A DNA stretch of 56,986 nt from Conidiobolus incongruus B7586 (taxonomy: Eukaryota), in the NCBI GenBank assembly GCA_000697335.1, contig JNEM01010724.1, positions 1 to 56,986 on the forward strand. Reading direction: 5' to 3'. The position numbers and the translations under genes were made by a program. Under the pieces are notes generated by a model. The model searched no databases. It was given only the letters and a program-made list of their open reading frames with translations, and was not told the DNA's origin. Shown here piece by piece: positions 48,601 to 56,986 of this stretch (the first letter of the stretch is position 1; each line of letters starts with the position of its first letter).

Positions 48601-49704
48601 ACTTAAAAATATCTTAGAGTATCACAAATAAGCGACTTAATGCTTAAAAACAGTAAAAATGTTTATAAAATGATAATTATAACCTTTGATAATAAATAAG
48701 CCTTTTATGGATTATCATTAGCTAAAAATAGTTTGAAATATAAAAAGAATTCAAAATAAAGTATAGCTTGAGTTAAAATCTATTTAACAAGTTTAAAAAT
48801 GTCGACTCTTATATATCATGTGTAAGTTTTCCTCGCCCTTATGACTTCTTTCACTTTGCTTAAATCCCCCCCGTTGTTGGTTTCCTCGAAATATTTGAAT
48901 CAATAGAGCTTGATTTTGGTTGTTATTCAATATTAATACCCAAAATGATCAAGGGTTGCTCTATAATTTAAGTATAGTATATTTAATTTAAATTGTTTGA
49001 TGCAACTAATTGCCGCAATTCAAAATTTGCAATGAAAATAATTGAAGTGATAAAAAAACAGATTAAGAAATAATGGAAAAACGAGATGCTTGTCAAGATC
49101 CACTCATTTGATCATTATACAGTGAAATAACTGCAACGATGGGAAATTATTTTCAAATGTCTAAAATCCCTTTTATTATGAATTTATTTTTTAATAATCA
49201 AAATTGAAAAAAATGAATTTGTATGAAAATTATAATTGATAGAATTAGATTGAAAATATTGAGTTATATTTGATTAAATTTTCAAATAGGATGGATTCTA
49301 AAATAATTTTCCTATGTTATAATATATCAATTGATTACTTTATCTATAATAAGGATATCCTATTTGAAAATTGAGTCCGAGTTGACTTAATTAAGTTTCA
49401 ATTTGAGAGACAGGGTATAACCGTATACATATTTAGTATATGGCAAAAACTTATAAAAAATGCATAAACTCATAATTTATTCTTACTGATCCATTTTAAT
49501 TGAAAACCAATTAAATTGAATGATTGAAAAGTTAAATTGAATAAAGTGAATCAAAGTAATAGTTTAGGTAATGAATCTCGAACATAATTGGCCAATTTCC
49601 CATAATTGATTCTTATTTTGGAGGTGATCACTTGCGTTTAATTTCATTTCCACTATAAATAAACTACAAAGTCCTCTCTTTGCCATTTTATTTTTTTGGG
49701 CGTG

Positions 49705-51411
49705 ATGAGTTCGTTAAAAGGGTCTCTGGAATTGAGTTGGAATTTGAATGGTGTCCCAGATTCGCAAGTCATCTTACTTTCTTGTAACATTTGCAGGAAG
49801 AGGAAGGTTAAGTGTGATAGAGGGAAGCCATTTTGCTACAGATGTATTCAATCTGGAGCCCAGTGCCAATATACACCCATCAAATCAAAACATCGCCGCA
49901 ATCTTAAAACAAATACAGGTTCTAACTCCTCGACGCCGTCTAGCGTTAGTGATTCAGCAACTACAGAGAGTCAACAGACAAATACAAAACTACCTATACC
50001 TCCTGGCTCCAAAGTGAATAGTGCACGATCTGGAAAGCCACCAGTCCTGCAGCTTATTTCAACAACTGGCCCTGATGGTGAGGTTAGTTATACAGTTGAC
50101 GAAAACTCGCAGCTTGTGTTAATTGGTAAATATATTGAACTGATGGATCAAATCAGTCCTCATCTGTTCAAACCATCACTGTCTCAAATAATGAAACGGT
50201 ATCCTTCAGTCCTATATAGTATACTGGCATGCGGTGCCTTATATATTTATCGGGGGAAAATTGGAGAACAACCACCAATCATAATCAGTTATGACCAAAT
50301 AGAGATTTTATGTGAACAAGCTGAGAAGTTGGTGACAACTGAGGGAGGTCACACAGACCCCTCTTATGGATTAACACATCTCAACCTCGCGTTTTTATAC
50401 TTGGTAGAAAATGAATTTGAAAAGGGATGGGCGCAGAGCGCTAGTGCGTGTAAATTATCTGTCGATTATCAGTTGTATTTATATGAGGGTTACCCTAACG
50501 ACAAAATTGACGCGTCTTACATCGAATACTACGAAAGGGAGACTAATCTGAGGTTATGGTGGGGAATATACCTTCAGGACGCTGCTCTATCACTAATCTA
50601 CGATAAACCTTCCAATTTGCAAGGAGTTCCCGTAAGCTTTCTTGAGGAGCGAACGTGTCCCGGCCCTTGTATCATGAGTTCAGTAGGCACTCGGGCTGCT
50701 TCAAACGAGGGATGTATCCATACCAAAGTGGAACTGGAAGTGCTGCACGCATCAAGATCACAGCTTTTATTAGAATTCTTCTTAATAACTCTCATAGTTC
50801 AATCAAAACAGCTCAATCAAAAGCTTCAAGATCCTTTTTATTTAGCCAAGCACAATCCTCAAACAGACATTGAGTTTAAAAATTTTAAAATCCGAGTAGA
50901 AAAATGGAGCAAGTTCATTAACTCACAATTCCCTATTGATCCATATTTAAACAACCAAAATTTGACTATTTATTGCGATATCCAGCCAGTTATTCTAGCA
51001 CTTACTATCAATGTGATGCTTAACGACATCATTATTTCAGTCGACTATCCCAACATCATGTTTCCTTCCATTGTTGGTCATCCATTCTCCCAACGGGGTT
51101 TCGATGCAGCCATTACCTCCATCAAAATTTTTTGCTGGTTGACCCAGCATGTGGATTTGACCATCGGTCCGCTATGGTACTTTAGTATCATGAACGCTTG
51201 CAGGGTCTTGTACCATGCCACACTCTTCCCATCTCCTCCTGACAAGCGACCCATAGCCCAGACCCACCTCAACGAATTCATGCGTGTCTACACATCAATG
51301 ACTACACAGTGGCCAAGGATGACCGAGCTATTCAAGGCTAAAATTCAAAATATCATAGATGCAGTGAATTCCCAGACCAATTCCACGCTATTCGACTTTC
51401 AAAAGAACTGA
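49705..51411 (+). CDS. Zn(II)2Cys6 fungal transcription factor with a fungal-specific TF domain
   Basis: SCNICRKRKVKCDRGKPFCYRCIQSGAQCQY binuclear cluster; middle homology motifs LYSILACGA, GW......KL and LRLWWGIYLQDAALSLIYDKP. The first ATG is at 49705. Confidence 0.95.
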   Translation: MSSLKGSLELSWNLNGVPDSQVILLSCNICRKRKVKCDRGKPFCYRCIQSGAQCQYTPIKSKHRRNLKTNTGSNSSTPSSVSDSATTESQQTNTKLPIPPGSKVNSARSGKPPVLQLISTTGPDGEVSYTVDENSQLVLIGKYIELMDQISPHLFKPSLSQIMKRYPSVLYSILACGALYIYRGKIGEQPPIIISYDQIEILCEQAEKLVTTEGGHTDPSYGLTHLNLAFLYLVENEFEKGWAQSASACKLSVDYQLYLYEGYPNDKIDASYIEYYERETNLRLWWGIYLQDAALSLIYDKPSNLQGVPVSFLEERTCPGPCIMSSVGTRAASNEGCIHTKVELEVLHASRSQLLLEFFLITLIVQSKQLNQKLQDPFYLAKHNPQTDIEFKNFKIRVEKWSKFINSQFPIDPYLNNQNLTIYCDIQPVILALTINVMLNDIIISVDYPNIMFPSIVGHPFSQRGFDAAITSIKIFCWLTQHVDLTIGPLWYFSIMNACRVLYHATLFPSPPDKRPIAQTHLNEFMRVYTSMTTQWPRMTELFKAKIQNIIDAVNSQTNSTLFDFQKN

Positions 51412-53315
51412 AAAATCTCTACTCATAATTAATATATCTGTTCCATTTTACTATTAAATTAAGCAAATCAATTGATTGAATTCCACATTCTGTGAATTTA
51501 CCACACTCAAACACCATATTAGATCCACTTCTCGTCCTACTCTAAGGGTATTTTAATGTAGATTTCGGAGCTTATATGTTGCCACCATTTCAGAGTGATA
51601 TTTGGTCACCCTTCATCTTATCTTAAATATACCTTGATTGTATAGTCAATAATTTATCATTTTTGAGCTTTGTAGCTATAATTAAATCGAAAATATAAAT
51701 AAATTTTATTGATTAATTTTCATTTATTATTTTATTTTTTTAGGATTAATTAACTTTTTCTATATCTAATTGATTTTGATTATATCAATTTTTATATTAT
51801 TGTTTGAATAAGTGAAAATAATTTGGTATATAATTTAACAACAATAATATTTATCATTTTTATCATTTAATAAATTAATATTACATTCATTTTCAAAGTT
51901 TTCAAAATTAATTAATTCTTAAAAAAATTCATTAAAAAATTCATTAAAATATTATATTTTTAACTAGTGATTTAATCATTAATAAAAATTCTATAAGTTT
52001 TCCCTAATAATAAATTATAAATTATAAATCCTTAAAATCTGGTAAAGTGATGTTTTTAAAGCTATAAATATTAAGGAAAAAGCGATTTTAATAAAAAGCG
52101 TTTATTAATGATATTGGATTCATTTTCTTATTCATAATTAGAAGATTCCATTAATATCCCAGTTTTAGGATGATGTGTAATGAAATACCTTAGTAGCGGG
52201 ATAATTTGTATTATTTGGATGATCTTAGTTAATGAATTGATTTTAAAAAAGACTGTTTGAAAAGTTGATCTTAATTATCTTAAATTTAGTAAGCATTCAA
52301 TTAATTTCAAATAACAGCATATAATTTGAGTTTATCTGAATCTTCATATTATATTTTTTATATTATTTAAATATAAAATATTAAGTTGCAAATTTAATAT
52401 ATTTTGAAATAGTTTTAACATAAGATTAAAATATACTTTTAAACAGTATATAGTTGAATATAAAATTACAATTGGCAATTTTAAAAATCAAAAGGTTCTT
52501 TGTTATTTCGATCATCCATATTTATCATCTGATGCTATTAAAAAATTGAATAGATATTTACTTAAATAGAAATTAGTAAATTTTATTTATATTGTATAAA
52601 CTTTAGTCACTTTGGCTACAAAATCTTTATATCTATTCATTGTTTTAAAATTTTAAAAATCATATGAATTTAAATTAAATTATTTGAGAATTTATTAATT
52701 TATCAACTTAGTACAAAAGATTTAAAAATATAGATATATCCATTTTATTTTAAGAATCAAAATATTTTTATAAATTAAACTTAGTATTACATCTGCTTTA
52801 TAGAAATTTTATTTTTATAGTATATTAATATATATATATATGGATATTTGATCAATTCTCTAATTAGGAATATTTTATCATTAATGTTATATTTCATTGT
52901 TATATAAAAATTTTCCAATTAATTCATATAACAATTATTGACCAATATAGTGGAGTCAGAAAATTAATCATAAATTTCAATACTAGAATAATTATGAAAA
53001 CAATAAAATTAATAGTTAAATTAAACTTTCTATATACCAATATATAACTCATAATGTCATCTTAATTTCTTATAAATTTATTATTTTTAATAACTTAAAA
53101 TCTTATGTTTTAATATATTGAAAAAATTTTCATTTGTTTAACAAACTATATTTATGATTCTTTGAATAGAATATCAAATATATATTTATATTTTTAATTA
53201 GTTGACAGTATTGATATTATTTATTATTTCTAAAAAATAATTCAAACTATATTATTTTATTTAAATTAAATCAAATTATTAAGTTTTAGAAAGATTTATT
53301 TGAGAAAAAAAACTA

Positions 53316-54877
53316 CACTAGCTTGCAAAAATAAGTCATAAAATCAAAATTACTTAAATATTTACTTATATCTTAAATAATTCCTAATTAAATAAATTTA
53401 AATTAAAATATATAATTTACCTATATTAATTGATTATAACTAACTATATTTGAATATATTATATTAGTTATTGGTTAATATATCAAAACCTAAAATTTAA
53501 CTAAGGTGAGTTATAAATTTGTGGGTTTATAAGTTAAAGTGATATAAATAACAAAACTTATATATATCTTCTTTTTCTTTTGTTATATTATATATTATAA
53601 AACTATTAAGTTAATATTTTAAAATTAATATTATAATGCCTAAATCTCTCTCTAAAAAAGTTTACTTATGTATTAATTAACTTTATAATAAACATAAATC
53701 AACTTATGAGATTGCTAGAATTACTATTGTTAATTAATCTACTATAGTTAGGGTTATTAAGAATAATATTAAAGAAACACCTAAACTAAAACTTAAGTAT
53801 GTTAAAATTATAAATAAACATGATAAAAAGTATATTTATAGATTAGTTAGTATAAGTAAGTATAATACTACTATAGAAGTGTAACAAGAATTATAAAACT
53901 ATACAGGAATATTAATTAGTACTGATATTATTATATATACTTTATGTTAAAATAGATATTACTTATATTTTAAGAAAAAACACCCCCAACTAAAAAAGTC
54001 TTATTATAAAGCTAGGTAGGAATTTAAATATCAACACTAAAGTTGAACTAAAATTAACTAAAGTTATTTAATTTGATAAAAAAAAGATATATCTTGATAA
54101 ATATAATAGAAAAGCTAGATATTTTAAAAAAGATAAAAAACTACTTTATAACCATTATGTTATTACAACCTAAAAATACAATAGTAGGTTAATTATAATT
54201 TAAAGATATATGTTATCTTTAAGTGTAAGGTATCTTTATAAGGTTAATAAGGGAATTAATACTGAGATATATTAAAGTATTTTAAACAATAAATTGAAAA
54301 AAACTATTAAGTGATATAGATTAAAAAAATCAAATATTATTTTCTAACAAGATAATACACCTTGTTATATTATAAATTCTACTATTAAATAGCTTAAAAA
54401 TAACAAAATAACTATTATGAAATAATCTCTTTAATCTTTTAATTTTAACCTAATTGAATATCTTTGGGATTAATTAAAAAAATCAATTAAAGCTTTCCCC
54501 CTAGTAAAAAATTTAGATTAACTTTAAGAGTATATTTAAGAAGCTTAGAATAATATTAGTTTTGTTTAATATAAGAAGCTAGTTGACTTTATATCCCATA
54601 AACTTAAAGAAGTTAGAAAAGCAAAAGGTAGATATAATAGATATTAATTTTTCTATCAATACTAAAATCCACATATTTATAACTTATTTTAAGTATACTT
54701 TTAGTGTTAATATATCAATTAATAATTAATTAAATTTAACTATATATATTATATTATAAATAAAAAATATATATTAATTACATAGTTTAATATAAGTTTA
54801 TTTAATTTAATATTGATTAAAATATTAATAGAAATATATATATTTTTAATTTTATAACTCATTTTTATAGACTAGTG
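53316..54877 (+). mobile_element. Full-length but inactivated Tc1-family (DD34E) DNA transposon, 1562 bp; transposase pseudogene 53636-54647
   Basis: TA flanks both ends (53314-15, 54878-79). Outer TIRs are CACTAGCTTGCAAAAATAAGTCATAAAAT versus CACTAGTCTATAAAAATGAGTTATAAAAT (reverse complement), with weaker similarity extending about 220 bp. The transposase relic has an HTH (STYEIARITIVN*STIVRV), KKKHPQL, F*QDNTPCY, *SL*SFNFNLIEYLWD (34 residues between D and E) and KAKGRYNRY*. Confidence 0.92.
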
Positions 54878-54910
54878 TATATATAATTAATTACCTTATA
54901 GCTTATTAAA

Positions 54911-55247
54911 TATCATATATAAGTGAATAATAACAGTTAAGGGTAGAGGAAGTGGATCTCTCAATACTTTAGGAAATATTTGATATCTAGATCCTATAAT
55001 ATTGAAGTATTAACTAATAATAATAAAATATATTAATAATTAAGCAAAAAGGTTTATTTTTATGTCTTCTTATAATATCAGAGAAAGAGAGAGAAATATA
55101 TAGAAATAAGTATGTATGGTTGAGTAATAGTGAGGTTACTCAGATATAGATATATAAATGTTGATAAGACTTAATTTGGATAATTAGGTCTTTAGTAATA
55201 AATTAAAATAAAGGGAAAATAACAATTAAATAGTAATTGTCATGATA
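54911..55247. mobile_element. Possible third, more decayed solo LTR (about 337 bp)
   Basis: Purine-rich island similar in size to the other LTRs, with termini TATCATA...CATGATA (TGTCAC...GTGACA after transitions). No target-site duplication found. Confidence 0.3.
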
Positions 55248-55527
55248 CTTGTATCATAAATAAATATAATTAAATTAAAAAATATCTTAATAATTACTAT
55301 TTTCATTATTTAAATAAATAGATATTTTTATAAAATATTTAATCAATAAATAGATATTATATAAAATCTAATAAAGTTTTATAAATTATATTAATAATAT
55401 TAAAAGACTAATTCTCTAAATTTTTATATATACTTCTATATAATTCAATTAACTATAAATTATATGATTAATTTATACTTTTATAGTTAAATTAATTATA
55501 TAAATAATATTGAATTATTTAATAAAC

Positions 55528-55790
55528 TAGGTTCCTCTTTTTCTCTCAATTTTTATTATTTCTGATTTTTTCTATTATTTCTAAGATTAAGGCTATATTT
55601 TGTCAATATTATACTATATTGGCACTACCTAATATAAATACTAATATATCAGTGACTCATCTTAGTTTGAAGCTTAATTAAATTTTGCTTATTTTTCTAC
55701 CTTATATTATCACTTTCTGTGCCACATTACTTTGATATTAAATCTTCCTTTGCACTACATCAGTAATTTTACCTTTATACTTACAAATAA
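55528..55790. repeat. Dispersed degenerate repeat, copy 2 (homologous to 39720-40000)
   Basis: Colinear with copy 1 in the same orientation; most visible differences are transitions. Confidence 0.75.
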
Positions 55791-56986
55791 GTTAATAAAT
55801 ACTGATAAAATATATTTTTATCAAATATATAATAATTCCTAAATATTTTTTATTAATAAAAACATGATTGTTATTTTTAATAATTTGTTTTAAATCTTAA
55901 TATATTATAACTTAGTCATCTAATATATTAATATTTAATAATTTATATATTTTATTTATTTTATTTTATTCCAATCATAAAATCATTATAGATCAATAAT
56001 TATATACTTACAATAGAATTAATTACTATTAACTAATTATTATAATATAGACATTTATTATATTAATTTTTAAATTTAATTAAATAATACTTATAACTGA
56101 AATATAATTTATCAGTTTTTAATATTTTCAAATTAAAAATATAAAAATAAGATATATAGTTAGAGATTATTTATATTTAATGAAATTTAATAAGGATATA
56201 GATAATTAGTGAATTTATATTATGTAAGTTGAAGAATAATTCAATTTATAATTTAAAATATATAAAATTTAAATTAAAAACTTTAGAAAATCAGTTTTCA
56301 ATATTATAAATATATTATTATTTTGAAATAAAAAATTAAAATATTTCCGTATCATTTGAATTATAAACACAAAATATAATAGTTTGTAAAAATTTTACTT
56401 TTGCATATATTATCAATAGATATTTAATAGGTAATATTAATTTCATATTCATTTAATTAAATGAACTTTTATTTTTTTTTTATTGATAAAATATAGTTCA
56501 AAATTAGTTAATCTTCTATATTGTCAATTAATCGAATATTTTCCAATCAAAATTATTAATTTTGAATTTCTCTAATATAATTCAACAGATTGCAAAATGT
56601 ACATATATATTATTGGTAAGATAAAATATATTTCCTAAATTAAAAGAATTATTTTTAATACATAAATTTTATATATAAAACTAGGCTTATTCTCTCAAAT
56701 CAATTAAATTTAAAATTTTTCAAATATTATTAAATTAATATCTTTTTATTTTCCAAAGGTATTTTAAATTAATAGTTAATTATATTAGTTTTTATATATG
56801 ACAAATAGCTCTGGAATTTATAATATCACGAAAATATAAATAAGAAATATTTTAATTAACTATATATTAGGTTTTAAATTTTTTAATATATTTAATAAAT
56901 ATAAATTTATTATTATTTTAAAAATATTTAATTTATTGAATTCAAATTAATAAATTAATTTTAATATAAATTTATCATATATATTA

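Noticed and set aside
1..56986. CRISPR array or rRNA genes
   Set aside because: No regularly spaced repeat-spacer pattern and no rRNA-like segment were seen. The only rRNA-matching words are the snoRNA guides.

Overview
An AT-rich eukaryotic window with short (about 50-57 nt) GT-AG introns. It is fungal (Zn2Cys6 transcription factor, tricalbin); the style suggests an early-diverging, Conidiobolus-like lineage, but that is inference only. Intact genes: a small heat-shock protein with an upstream HSE, NDUFAF7/MidA methyltransferase, a secreted Pro-rich GPI-type protein, tricalbin, a TMEM254-like protein, PDCD2, a CsbD-like protein and two fungal transcription-factor-type genes. About 14 kb (7.56-21.57 kb) is a nine-copy array of beta-etherase LigE-like glutathione S-transferases. 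Five copies are intact and four are pseudogenes; the intact copies share two intron positions, and the array flips orientation around a tRNA-Leu. There are five tRNA genes, one probably a pseudogene. Features not shown by the ORF track: (i) a double-guide box C/D snoRNA in the long PDCD2 intron; (ii) a decayed Fanzor2/TnpB-type RNA-guided nuclease with a candidate omegaRNA hairpin at 38.6-39.1 kb; (iii) a full-length Tc1 (DD34E) transposon and a mariner fragment heavily altered by C>T/G>A transitions (RIP-like); (iv) solo LTRs; (v) HSP20 and MTH1/NUDT1 pseudogenes. All identifications are by eye from remembered family motifs; no database searches were run.
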